From a virus (Duplodnaviria; Caudoviricetes), in the IMG/VR virus record IMGVR_UViG_3300042484_002226, positions 1 to 57,742 of that record: a DNA stretch of 57,742 nucleotides; one strand, written 5' to 3'. Below the pieces are notes generated by a model. That model had not been told where the DNA came from, made no database searches, and worked only from the letters and a program-made list of their open reading frames with translations. The position numbers and the translations under genes were made by a program. Each line of letters opens with the position of its first letter. Position 1 is the stretch's first letter. This document shows, piece by piece, positions 48,916-57,742 of the stretch.

Positions 48916-49903
48916 AAAAATTCAATTCTTTCCAGGTCGAATAGAAATTAACACGCAATTTCTAAGACAAGGTCTTTCTCTTGACCATAAAGAATTGTTT
49001 CATGACATATTTGCTAACTATTACACTGATCAAAACATCAACATACTAGCAGTCGACGGAGAAGATGTAACGTCAATCGGTCTAGTAGAATTTTTTATTG
49101 ATATTTGTAAATTGTATAATATTCCGTTTAAAAAAATTAAGTTTATAAGCCCTGCAACTAATATTGATGATCGATTCAGTAGCCAACTACAAAAATTAAA
49201 CATATTTTGGACTACTTTAGATTCGTTAAACTCATCAATGCCAATGGAGATCAACACTGATGCAGTGTTTGTAGGATATACAGTTGGGAGATTTAGTCCC
49301 TTAAGACTGAGACTAATGTACGAGTTAGATCAAATTTTCCCTAACGATGCATATTTAATACATCGGTTTAAACCATTCCGTATAGAAAACTTATACGAGG
49401 GAGTATTGGCATATCAACCCGAGCTAGACTGGATTAAAAATCGAGTGTTCCAGGTTGATTCACATATAGACCCAATTTGGGATGAGAGGAACGCTCTGCA
49501 CTGGTCACTTAGTATTAAATTTTATCATAGTATTTTTTCAAAATTTTATATTGAAGTAGTTCCCGAAACTGATCCCTTTAGCAATTGGTGGTTTACTGAA
49601 AAAACAGCTAGATGTTTGTGTACTGGTAAACCTTTTGTACTACTGGCCGGGCAACACAGTTTAACAAACTTAAAGAAGATGGGGTTTGAAACATATTCTA
49701 CAGTTATCGATGAAAGTTATGACTCGGCTGCGACTCCATCCTTGCGCACAAAAGCAATATTAAAATCACTTAAAGAGTTATATGATAGTCCAAATCGTCA
49801 ATCTCTAATCGACCAAATGTACAGTATAGCACAACGAAACATGGTAAATTTTCGCAAGCTTGATCCTAAACATAAACAAACAAATGATCCCACAACGATA
49901 TAA
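48905..49903 (+). CDS. Glycosyltransferase-like protein (ET...TEK...PF), related to 24456-25706
   Basis: IEVVPET...FTEKT...GKPFV...LKKMGFETY...DESYD. Confidence 0.5.
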   Translation: MLNKKIQFFPGRIEINTQFLRQGLSLDHKELFHDIFANYYTDQNINILAVDGEDVTSIGLVEFFIDICKLYNIPFKKIKFISPATNIDDRFSSQLQKLNIFWTTLDSLNSSMPMEINTDAVFVGYTVGRFSPLRLRLMYELDQIFPNDAYLIHRFKPFRIENLYEGVLAYQPELDWIKNRVFQVDSHIDPIWDERNALHWSLSIKFYHSIFSKFYIEVVPETDPFSNWWFTEKTARCLCTGKPFVLLAGQHSLTNLKKMGFETYSTVIDESYDSAATPSLRTKAILKSLKELYDSPNRQSLIDQMYSIAQRNMVNFRKLDPKHKQTNDPTTI

Positions 49904-50594
49904 TTACACTCCTATTGACCGCACAACCATCAATGGCAAGCGGCACTACTGTTTGCCCGACGGTACCAAGGTCCCTAGTGTTACAACAATCCTGGACAAA
50001 ACCAAGCCACAAGAATCTCGCGATGCACTGGCTAACTGGAAAAAGCGGGTAGGCGAACAACGAGCACAAGAGATTACTACAGAGGCAGCCGGCCGTGGTA
50101 CCCGCATGCACTCTTACCTTGAGCATTATGTGTTGCAGGATGACATGAAACCGTTGCCAGCTAATCCTTTTGCACAACCCAGCTGGTTCATGGCAGCGCA
50201 GGTTATTTTGGAGGGCTTGTGTCACGTGGATGAATATTGGGGTGTAGAGGTACCTGTATATTACAGCGGTTTATATGCAGGTACTACAGACTGTGCGGGA
50301 GTGTGGAAAGGGCAGCCTGCAATCATGGACTTTAAACAAACCAACCGGCCTAAAAAACGTGAGTGGATCGGAGATTATTTCATACAACTTGCAGCTTATG
50401 CCGCAGCGCACAACAACATGCACGGCACTAACATACGCGATGGTGTTATTTTGATGTGTGCTCAACCCACCTTGCTCGAAGACAGCAGCTATACCAAACC
50501 TCAGTACCAAGAATTCCATATTAGCGGGGATGAATTTGATCACTGGCATGATCAATGGTTACGCAGAGTAGACATGTACTACGCAACCAACTAA
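49884..50594 (+). CDS. PD-(D/E)XK exonuclease
   Basis: PSVTTIL, RGTRMH, E...AGTTD...DFKQ, QL.AY. Confidence 0.85.
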   Translation: MIPQRYNYTPIDRTTINGKRHYCLPDGTKVPSVTTILDKTKPQESRDALANWKKRVGEQRAQEITTEAAGRGTRMHSYLEHYVLQDDMKPLPANPFAQPSWFMAAQVILEGLCHVDEYWGVEVPVYYSGLYAGTTDCAGVWKGQPAIMDFKQTNRPKKREWIGDYFIQLAAYAAAHNNMHGTNIRDGVILMCAQPTLLEDSSYTKPQYQEFHISGDEFDHWHDQWLRRVDMYYATN

Positions 50595-50621
50595 ATACTG
50601 GATCACACAAGGAATCCAGTC

Positions 50622-52205
50622 GTGGCCATAGTCCAAGTATCCAGAATAACCAACCGTAAAGGTCTTACGGAAAATCTCCCCCAGTTAGCCGGTGCCGAAC
50701 TGGGATGGTGCCTGGACAGTCGTAGACTGTTCATTGGCAATGGCACCTTAGAAGAAGGTGCGCCGGCAATTGGTAATACTGAAATTGTTACACAATTTTC
50801 AGATATTGCTGTTCTAAGCCCGTACACCTATCAGGACAGCGCAGTTGGTTATACAGCACAAACGGGCCTGACACCATCAGATCCCGTAGTGCGAACCATT
50901 CAACAGCGCCTTGACGATTACGTGAACGTACGGGACTATGGTGCTGTAGGTGACGGCACAACGGATGACTACTCTGCTATTAACCAGGCATTGGCCGACT
51001 TGTACTGTCGGGCCACCAACACACAAGTACGCCGCGTCTTGTTCTTTCCTGCCGGCACATATCTAATTACCGAAACATTAGTCATCCCTACCTATGCTAG
51101 TTTAGTTGGTGAAGGTGCCCAGTCAACTATTATTGTACTGGGGGACAACGAAGATAACAGCACAATAACTGCTGTTTACGTGGCACAGTACGGCGATAGT
51201 AAACAACAAACTGGGGTTAATATTGGCAACAACGGTGCCATTGCTCCTAGAAACATTACAATCTCGTCGATTGCATTACAGAGCAACAAGGTTACTGACT
51301 TGTTCCTAGTCGAACAAGCAACAGAGTGTTGGTTCGACAGTGTTGATTTCATCGGAGTATTATCGGCAGCAGACATAACTGCTAATTTAGACACAGACGA
51401 TATTGCTGGAATTCGATTCACCAACACCAACGGTGCTAGTAATATTTGTAACTATATCACGTTCGACAAGTGCAGATTTTCGAACTTGACATATGGACTC
51501 GACACAGATGAACAAGTTCAATCTGTAACTATAAGCAATGGCAAGTTTGATACCCTGTATCAAGGTGTTGTGCTGGGTGCCGGAACACCCCTTAACGGTG
51601 GACCTACCGGATTCCGCACTGTGCAGAACATGTTCGACAACATCTATGCCGAGGGCATTGTGTACGACGACGTAAGCTTAAACGCCAGTGCATACAACGT
51701 ATTTTACAATGTCGGTAACAGCTTTGGTGGCAGCAATCCCACTGGACCTTGTATTAGATTTGGATCCGATAACAACGTATCAATTAATGATATGTTTGAG
51801 CGGTCAGACGCAGCCGCCACAACTTACTATCCTAGAATTTTTGTCACTAGCACCGGCACAGTGACTGGAGGTACGCAACAGCAGCTGGGTCGATTTGTTC
51901 GCGAGAATGGCCGGTACATGTTGTTGACCGATGATGATTCCGGCACAGTGTTTACTTTTAATAAAACCCAAACCAGTGCAATTAGTATAGATTATACTGT
52001 AACACGCGGAACCTCCGCGCGGCACGGAGTAATGTTTGTCTCGGCCGGCGCAACAGCGTCGTATAGTGATGACTTTACCCAAACTGATGACACTGGAGTG
52101 ACATTAGCAGCTTCTTTGGCAACTAACACTGTGAGTATAATATTTGCTACGACTAGTACCGGCACCGACGCCGAACTAACTTACTCAGTTAACCACCTTG
52201 CTTGA
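50622..52205 (+). CDS. Tailspike/tail fibre: Mtd-type N-terminus plus pectate-lyase-like beta-helix
   Basis: LPQLAGAELGW..D..RLFIGNG; VNVRDYGAVGDGTTDD..AIN.A...FFPAGTY; TAAATA at 50592. Confidence 0.8.
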   Translation: MAIVQVSRITNRKGLTENLPQLAGAELGWCLDSRRLFIGNGTLEEGAPAIGNTEIVTQFSDIAVLSPYTYQDSAVGYTAQTGLTPSDPVVRTIQQRLDDYVNVRDYGAVGDGTTDDYSAINQALADLYCRATNTQVRRVLFFPAGTYLITETLVIPTYASLVGEGAQSTIIVLGDNEDNSTITAVYVAQYGDSKQQTGVNIGNNGAIAPRNITISSIALQSNKVTDLFLVEQATECWFDSVDFIGVLSAADITANLDTDDIAGIRFTNTNGASNICNYITFDKCRFSNLTYGLDTDEQVQSVTISNGKFDTLYQGVVLGAGTPLNGGPTGFRTVQNMFDNIYAEGIVYDDVSLNASAYNVFYNVGNSFGGSNPTGPCIRFGSDNNVSINDMFERSDAAATTYYPRIFVTSTGTVTGGTQQQLGRFVRENGRYMLLTDDDSGTVFTFNKTQTSAISIDYTVTRGTSARHGVMFVSAGATASYSDDFTQTDDTGVTLAASLATNTVSIIFATTSTGTDAELTYSVNHLA

Positions 52206-52630
52206 TGTGGCCAAACACAGTCGACCAACGCCTACAATCTTGGTACGAGTTAAGGCAACAGGCCTCTACGGTCGATCTTGAATCTGCACTAGATCTTGTT
52301 AACGTCTGGTGGTTCAACGCGCCCTGGCGGCCCTACCATCTTCATTGGGACGATCGGCAAAATTGGCCAGATCCCTGGCAATTATTAAGCGATAACATGT
52401 TCTGTCCACTTGCTCGCGGGCTTGGTATACTGTATACTATAACAATGCTAAACCGCCCAGATATTCAGGATGCCGAATTGACCGACTCCGACAATGACAA
52501 TTTAGTCCTGATCAGCAACGGGAAATATATACTGAATTGGGACCCAAAACAGATCGTAAATACCAGCCTACCTGTGCTGGTAGGACAAAACAATTTTACT
52601 CAAGCAGTAGCAAAAATCAAAGTCGGATAA
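52205..52630 (+). CDS. Hypothetical protein (weak transglutaminase/BTLCP-like pattern)
   Basis: W.DPWQLL...FC..ARGLGILYT. Confidence 0.5.
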   Translation: MWPNTVDQRLQSWYELRQQASTVDLESALDLVNVWWFNAPWRPYHLHWDDRQNWPDPWQLLSDNMFCPLARGLGILYTITMLNRPDIQDAELTDSDNDNLVLISNGKYILNWDPKQIVNTSLPVLVGQNNFTQAVAKIKVG

Positions 52631-52632
52631 CA

Positions 52633-54957
52633 ATGAAATCAATTACCGTTTTAAAACGCGATGGTAATCGCGAAGACCTGTCCTTGGAAAAATGGCAGAA
52701 TCAGATTGCGAAAATCTGCCAAGGTATAGCTGACGTAAGTCAAAGCATGATCGAGATCAAAGCGCAGGTACACTTTTATGACGGTATCACCACCCGCGAC
52801 ATCGACAACTTGACCTTGCGGGCCATCGTTGACTTAATCGATGTAGAAAGCAATCCCGATGTTGGTCATACTAACTATCAGTACGTGGCAGGCAAACAAC
52901 GACTGAGCATGTTGAGGAAAGATGTGTATGGCTCCTACGAGCCTCCTCACCTGTACGAGATTGTGAAACGAAATGTAGAAACTGGATTATACACTCCGGA
53001 ACTGTTGGAGTGGTATACCCGCGAAGACTGGAACAAGATGGAAGCAATCATCGACCACGAAAAGGATGAGCTATATGGTTATGCTGCGGTTGAACAACTG
53101 ATTGAAAAGTATCTAGTTAAGAATCGTGCTACCAAGGAAACATATGAAACTCCACAAGTTCGATACATGGTCGCGGCCGCTACTGTATTTCACAAAGAAG
53201 AACCGAACAGCGCGAGAATGCGCTACATCAAGGAGTACTACCAAGCGGCCAGTGATGGTTTATTCACTCTCGCTACTCCTGTTCTTGCTGGGCTTGGGAC
53301 CCCTACAAAGCAGTTCTCTAGTTGTGTGCTCATTCGCAGTGATGATGATCTTGACAGTATATTTGCTAGTGGGGAAATGATGGCCAAGTATGCCAGCAAA
53401 CGTGCTGGCATTGGTTTAGAAATTGGACGACTACGACCACTTGGTAGTCCCATTCGTGGTGGTGAAATCATGCACACAGGAATGATCCCGTTTCTGAAGA
53501 AGTGGTTCGGCGACCTGCGTAGTTGCAGCCAAGGCGGCATACGCAATGCTAGTGCTACTGTATTCTATCCTATTTGGCATCATCAGTTTGATGATCTTAT
53601 TGTACTTAAAAACAATCAAGGTACTGACGAGACCCGGGTGCGACATATGGATTATGGGGTCGTGCTGTCCGCTTTCTTTTGGCGCAGATTTAAAAACAAA
53701 GAGGCTATCACCTTCTTTGACCCAAACGAGGTACCCGATTTGTATGAGGCATTTTACACTAACACCCAGCGGTTTGAAGACTTGTATGTAAAGTACGAGA
53801 AACAAGCGGGCCTGCGTAAAAAGACCATGAATGCAGAAGATGTGTTCAAGGGCGGCATTCTTAAAGAGCGCACCGATACTGGACGTATCTATCTTGTATT
53901 CATTGACAATGTTATGAATCAAGGTCCATTTGATCCTGAGTATCATACCATATACCAGAGTAACTTATGTTGTGAAATTCTATTACCTACTAAATCTTTC
54001 AAGCGCCTCGACGATGATGCTGGCCGTATTGCTCTTTGCACACTCGGAAGTATCAACTGGGGTGCGTTCCGTAATCCTGAAGACATGCGCCGGGCTTGCC
54101 GCATCTTACAGCGTAGCCTCTGTAATATACTGGATTATCAAGATTTCTTGAGCATTCAGAGTAAACTAAGCAATGATGAGATTCAACCCCTGGGCATTGG
54201 TGTTACTAATCTGGCCTACTGGCATGCCAAACGCGGCCACAAGTATGGGGAGAAAGATGCACTCCAAGAAGTCAAATCCTGGATGGAGCACTTGGCGTAC
54301 TACTTGACCGAAGCCACTGTGGAACTGGCTCGGGAACGTGGCCCTTGCCTGCACAGCGATAAAACACGGTACGGACAAGGCACCTTCCCCTGGGAACTAC
54401 GTGCCGCAGGAGTCAATGAGTTGGCAAACTTTGCACCCGAGCTTGACTGGGAGACACTGCGCAGCAACATGAAGCAGTACGGTGTACGCAATGCTACACT
54501 TATGGCCATTGCTCCTGTGGAATCTAGCAGTGTGGTTATCAACAGCACCAATGGCATTGAAATGCCCATGAGCTTGATTAGTGTAAAAGAAAGCAAAGCG
54601 GGATCGTTTACACAAGTGGTTCCGGAGTACCACAAATTAAAAAACAAATACCAACTGATGTGGGATCAAACTGACTGCGACGGGTACTTGAAAACTGCTG
54701 CGGTACTTGCAGCATATGTGGATCAAAGCATAAGTACTAATACATTTTATTCGCCAAAGCATTTCCCGGATCGCAAAGTGCCATCTACTTTAATTGCTAA
54801 GAATTTAATGCAAGCACATTTATGGGGGTTGAAGACAATGTACTACTCACTTCTCGATAAACAAGGTAGCAAAATGGATGCAGAAACGCCTCCAAATATG
54901 CCACTTGAACAAATTGATTTTGATGACGAGGAAGATTGTTTGGCCTGCAAATTATAA
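52633..54957 (+). CDS. nrdA: Ribonucleotide reductase class Ia alpha subunit with ATP cone
   Basis: VLKRDG, QFSSC, SNLCCEI, ALCTL, LKTMYY, C-terminal CLAC. Confidence 0.96.
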   Translation: MKSITVLKRDGNREDLSLEKWQNQIAKICQGIADVSQSMIEIKAQVHFYDGITTRDIDNLTLRAIVDLIDVESNPDVGHTNYQYVAGKQRLSMLRKDVYGSYEPPHLYEIVKRNVETGLYTPELLEWYTREDWNKMEAIIDHEKDELYGYAAVEQLIEKYLVKNRATKETYETPQVRYMVAAATVFHKEEPNSARMRYIKEYYQAASDGLFTLATPVLAGLGTPTKQFSSCVLIRSDDDLDSIFASGEMMAKYASKRAGIGLEIGRLRPLGSPIRGGEIMHTGMIPFLKKWFGDLRSCSQGGIRNASATVFYPIWHHQFDDLIVLKNNQGTDETRVRHMDYGVVLSAFFWRRFKNKEAITFFDPNEVPDLYEAFYTNTQRFEDLYVKYEKQAGLRKKTMNAEDVFKGGILKERTDTGRIYLVFIDNVMNQGPFDPEYHTIYQSNLCCEILLPTKSFKRLDDDAGRIALCTLGSINWGAFRNPEDMRRACRILQRSLCNILDYQDFLSIQSKLSNDEIQPLGIGVTNLAYWHAKRGHKYGEKDALQEVKSWMEHLAYYLTEATVELARERGPCLHSDKTRYGQGTFPWELRAAGVNELANFAPELDWETLRSNMKQYGVRNATLMAIAPVESSSVVINSTNGIEMPMSLISVKESKAGSFTQVVPEYHKLKNKYQLMWDQTDCDGYLKTAAVLAAYVDQSISTNTFYSPKHFPDRKVPSTLIAKNLMQAHLWGLKTMYYSLLDKQGSKMDAETPPNMPLEQIDFDDEEDCLACKL

Positions 54958-55001
54958 TGGACTATCAAAAAATATATAATAATTTAACAAAGGAAAATTG
55001 A
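54957..55001 (+). pseudogene. Possible N-terminal stub of an HNH homing endonuclease
   Basis: Reads MDYQKIYNNLTKEN*, translationally coupled to the nrdA stop. Confidence 0.5.
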
Positions 55002-55002
55002 A

Positions 55003-55566
55003 ATGAAAAAATTATTAGTTATATTAGGATTTATTTTAGCGTTTAATGCACAAGCACAAACCAAAGGCATTACCATCTGTGACGGGCACTATGCATTGTG
55101 TGCAGCATCAACTTGCAAGCCCACCGGAAAAACAATTACCGGCACCTCTGGCATAACCTATCCAGAGGTAGAATGCCGTTGCCCAATACTTAAAGGACGT
55201 GCAATTGCCGACACCACAGCAGGTAATATGCAAGGGTCTTGCACCGCTACAGATGATAAGCACGTTTGGAGTTTATTTGCTCCTAAACTTGTCTACCCAC
55301 AAGAGGCTAGTGACTTTAGCAAAAAGCCAAAAGATATGAAAGCAACGCTACAAAAATGTGATGCTAGTTTGAATCTTGGGAATAAATCTAGCAACTGTTT
55401 TAGTTGGAATTGCCTTAAAGGGGCTGATGGTATAGCAGTATGTTCATGCCCGACCGGGCAAGTACCTGCAGCAACCACATTCTTAACCGAAGCAGGACAG
55501 GGCAATCCCGATGCTTGCTCGAAATACCCAGTAAGTCTGCCCATCCAAAACCCACCCGGCAACTAA
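55003..55566 (+). CDS. Secreted cysteine-rich protein
   Basis: Signal peptide MKKLLVILGFILAFNAQA; 12 Cys. Confidence 0.75.
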   Translation: MKKLLVILGFILAFNAQAQTKGITICDGHYALCAASTCKPTGKTITGTSGITYPEVECRCPILKGRAIADTTAGNMQGSCTATDDKHVWSLFAPKLVYPQEASDFSKKPKDMKATLQKCDASLNLGNKSSNCFSWNCLKGADGIAVCSCPTGQVPAATTFLTEAGQGNPDACSKYPVSLPIQNPPGN

Positions 55567-55574
55567 GATAAAAC

Positions 55575-55766
55575 ATGAACAGTCTTGAAAAAATCTGGGC
55601 ACGAGCCACCGGGCATTTGATGGGCGAGTCAGACCATGATCGTCCGGGTGTGCCTATATTAACTCTTCGGGAAGCCCGAATAGCCTTGTTTTTCAAGACG
55701 TTTTGGGTTATAATACATGTTATAACTTGTGGCTTTATTATAGCCAACACAATCAGGCACTGGTAA
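55575..55766 (+). CDS. Small membrane protein
   Basis: 63 aa with a C-terminal hydrophobic helix. Confidence 0.6.
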   Translation: MNSLEKIWARATGHLMGESDHDRPGVPILTLREARIALFFKTFWVIIHVITCGFIIANTIRHW

Positions 55767-55767
55767 A

Positions 55768-56868
55768 ATGTCAAGACAACAATATGATTTAAAAACTAAA
55801 ACAGACTATCTTAATCGGACGATGTTCCTGGACCCGGCTGGCCCTGTGACTATACAGAGGTTTGAAGAAGTCAAGTATCCCAAGATTGCCAAGTTCGAAG
55901 AAACTGCACGTGGGTTCTTTTGGCAACCTGAAGAGATTAGTCTAAGCAAGGATGCCAACGACTTCAAAGACGCTAGCGAATCAGTAAAGCATATTTTCAC
56001 CAGCAACTTACTCAGGCAAACGGCATTGGATAGCTTGCAGGGTCGAGCACCTAGCCAGGTATTCATGCCTGTTGTTAGTTTGCCCGAGTTAGAGGCCCTG
56101 ATCTACAACTGGACATTCTTTGAAACCAACATCCATAGCAAGAGCTACAGTCACATTATTCGTAACATCTATAATGTGCCCAAGGATGTGTTTAATACAA
56201 TCCACGACACCCAAGCCATCATAGACATGGCTAGCAGTGTGGGACGGTACTACAACGACTTGCACCGTGTAAACTGTGCAAAGGAGCTAGGACAGCCAGT
56301 CGACGAAACTGAACATGTCAGGGCAATTTGGATGGCCCTGCATGCCAGCTACGCACTGGAAGCATTCAGGTTTATGGTGTCGTTTGCTACCAGCCTGGCC
56401 ATGGTAGAGAACAAGATCTTTATCGGTAACGGTAACATCATTGGCCTCATCCTACAGGACGAGCTGCTGCACAAGGGCTGGACTGCGTACATTATCAATC
56501 AAGTGATCAAGGAAGATCCCAGGTTTGCTGCTATCAAAGCTGAATGCGAGCATGATGTGTACCAGTTGTACCTGGATGTGGTAAGAGAAGAAAAAGAATG
56601 GGCTGACTACTTGTTTAATCGCGGCCCGGTGATTGGGCTCAACGCAAACATCCTTAAGGACTTTGTGGACTATACCGCAGTCGGTGCCTTGAAGGATATT
56701 GGCATCAAGTATCTTGAGTCAGCACCTAGGTCGACCCCGATCCCTTGGTTCAACAAGCACAGCGATACATCTAAGAAACAAACAGCACTACAAGAATCTG
56801 AAAGTACCAACTACGTGATAGGTATTATGTCTGACTCGATAGATTACGATCAGTTACCCAATTTATAA
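55768..56868 (+). CDS. nrdB: Ribonucleotide reductase class Ia beta subunit
   Basis: FFWQPEE, D, ETNIHSKSY, LEAFRF, DELLH, QE.E...Y. Confidence 0.95.
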   Translation: MSRQQYDLKTKTDYLNRTMFLDPAGPVTIQRFEEVKYPKIAKFEETARGFFWQPEEISLSKDANDFKDASESVKHIFTSNLLRQTALDSLQGRAPSQVFMPVVSLPELEALIYNWTFFETNIHSKSYSHIIRNIYNVPKDVFNTIHDTQAIIDMASSVGRYYNDLHRVNCAKELGQPVDETEHVRAIWMALHASYALEAFRFMVSFATSLAMVENKIFIGNGNIIGLILQDELLHKGWTAYIINQVIKEDPRFAAIKAECEHDVYQLYLDVVREEKEWADYLFNRGPVIGLNANILKDFVDYTAVGALKDIGIKYLESAPRSTPIPWFNKHSDTSKKQTALQESESTNYVIGIMSDSIDYDQLPNL

Positions 56869-56881
56869 TAAGGAAAAACAA

Positions 56882-57103
56882 ATGCAAGCTATTGTATGGA
56901 GCAAAGACCAATGCACTTATTGTGTACAAGCCAAGGCGCTGTTGGAAGCCCGTGGAATTGATTATGAAGAACGCAACATCATGCAAGACTGGACGCGGGA
57001 ACAACTGTTAGAGGCGGTACCAACAGCCCGCACCCTACCACAAATCTTTTTGGACAATGAATACGTGGGCGGTTTTACAGAGCTACGGCAACGATTGAAC
57101 TAA
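56882..57103 (+). CDS. Glutaredoxin
   Basis: CTYC, RTLPQIF, VGGF. Confidence 0.92.
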   Translation: MQAIVWSKDQCTYCVQAKALLEARGIDYEERNIMQDWTREQLLEAVPTARTLPQIFLDNEYVGGFTELRQRLN

Positions 57104-57111
57104 ATTAATAC

Positions 57112-57414
57112 ATGACTACACCATCAGCAAACCAAATTTATACATTCAAGATGACCACAGGCGAGGAAATTGTCGCTAAGATTGTTTCCATCTCCGACGA
57201 TCACTTGATTGTTTCTCACCCTATCTTGTGCGCTCTTAGCCCTAATGGCTTGCAAATGATGCCAGGCCTGTTTAGTGCAAAAATGGAGCAAGATGTACGG
57301 CTAAATACTAACAACATAGTAATGATCGCCGAAACACGCGAGGATGTTCGCACCAACTGGTACCAGGCCACAACAGGTATTGTGCCAATTTCAAGATCGA
57401 TTATTACTGGATAA
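57112..57414 (+). CDS. Sm-like-fold phage protein
   Basis: FKMTTGEEIVAK. Confidence 0.55.
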   Translation: MTTPSANQIYTFKMTTGEEIVAKIVSISDDHLIVSHPILCALSPNGLQMMPGLFSAKMEQDVRLNTNNIVMIAETREDVRTNWYQATTGIVPISRSIITG

Positions 57415-57429
57415 TCAAAGGATCATATA

Positions 57430-57708
57430 ATGAGGCCAGTTGCATCTGTTGGAGACGTAGGAGTCATACATCCTGGAATGCCAGTAATTCTAACAGGGAA
57501 TCCAACAGTATTAGTAAATGGCCGACCTGTTGCTACTGTGGGCAGCCGTTGCTGCCCACATTTGATCGGTAAAAAAATCCATGTTTGTGGAGTTATCTCT
57601 GGTAATCCCACAGTATTGATTGGTGGGTTACCGGTGGCTCGTGTAGGCGATGTCCTTGGCCCACTATGCACAACCATAACAACTGGTAGTTTTAATGTAT
57701 TTGCATAA
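57430..57708 (+). CDS. PAAR-like baseplate spike-tip protein (gp5.4-like)
   Basis: Repeated GNPTVL.[NG]G.PVA.VG, CCPH, GS.NVFA. Confidence 0.8.
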   Translation: MRPVASVGDVGVIHPGMPVILTGNPTVLVNGRPVATVGSRCCPHLIGKKIHVCGVISGNPTVLIGGLPVARVGDVLGPLCTTITTGSFNVFA

Positions 57709-57742
57709 TCTATGAGTTACGGTGCATATAGTCCATTGATGT

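Noticed and set aside
49884-50594. Cas4/CRISPR association
   Set aside because: No Fe-S cysteine set, no cas neighbours and no repeat-spacer array seen in the window.
50622-52205. Diversity-generating retroelement target (Mtd-like N-terminus)
   Set aside because: No reverse transcriptase or TR/VR repeat pair seen; the C-terminal part is beta-helix-like.
1-57742. Stop-codon reassignment, tRNA genes, introns or inteins in nrdA/helicase
   Set aside because: Core genes are uninterrupted and of normal length in the standard code, and all three stops are used; no cloverleaf was seen by eye (tRNAscan not run).

Overview
A 57.7-kb segment of a large T4-like (myovirus-type) dsDNA phage genome, standard genetic code, densely coding. 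The IscU and TerC sequences look betaproteobacterial, which hints at the host (inference). The core is T4-style: terminase end, gp32 SSB, UvsX/UvsY/UvsW, gp62-like protein, primase, gp41 helicase, dCMP deaminase, exonuclease, NrdAB, glutaredoxin, tailspike and PAAR. It also holds a ~16-kb glycosyl/methyl-transferase island, an Fe-S module (IscU, IscA, two radical SAM enzymes, a GrxD remnant), and many AT-rich modification enzymes slotted singly between core genes. Most notable observations: (1) a 187-aa miniaturised DnaE-type polymerase core that keeps all catalytic motifs; (2) an unnamed ~36-aa module (Y..V[KR]D..WP......F..LP..IQ.EC....G) shared by otherwise unrelated accessory enzymes; (3) a Pol-beta nucleotidyltransferase fused to a KxDG ligase-like domain in a late, probably packaged protein; (4) several apparently leaderless genes. 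No tRNA, rRNA, CRISPR array or intact mobile element was seen. All functional calls rest on motif recognition by eye, not on database searches.
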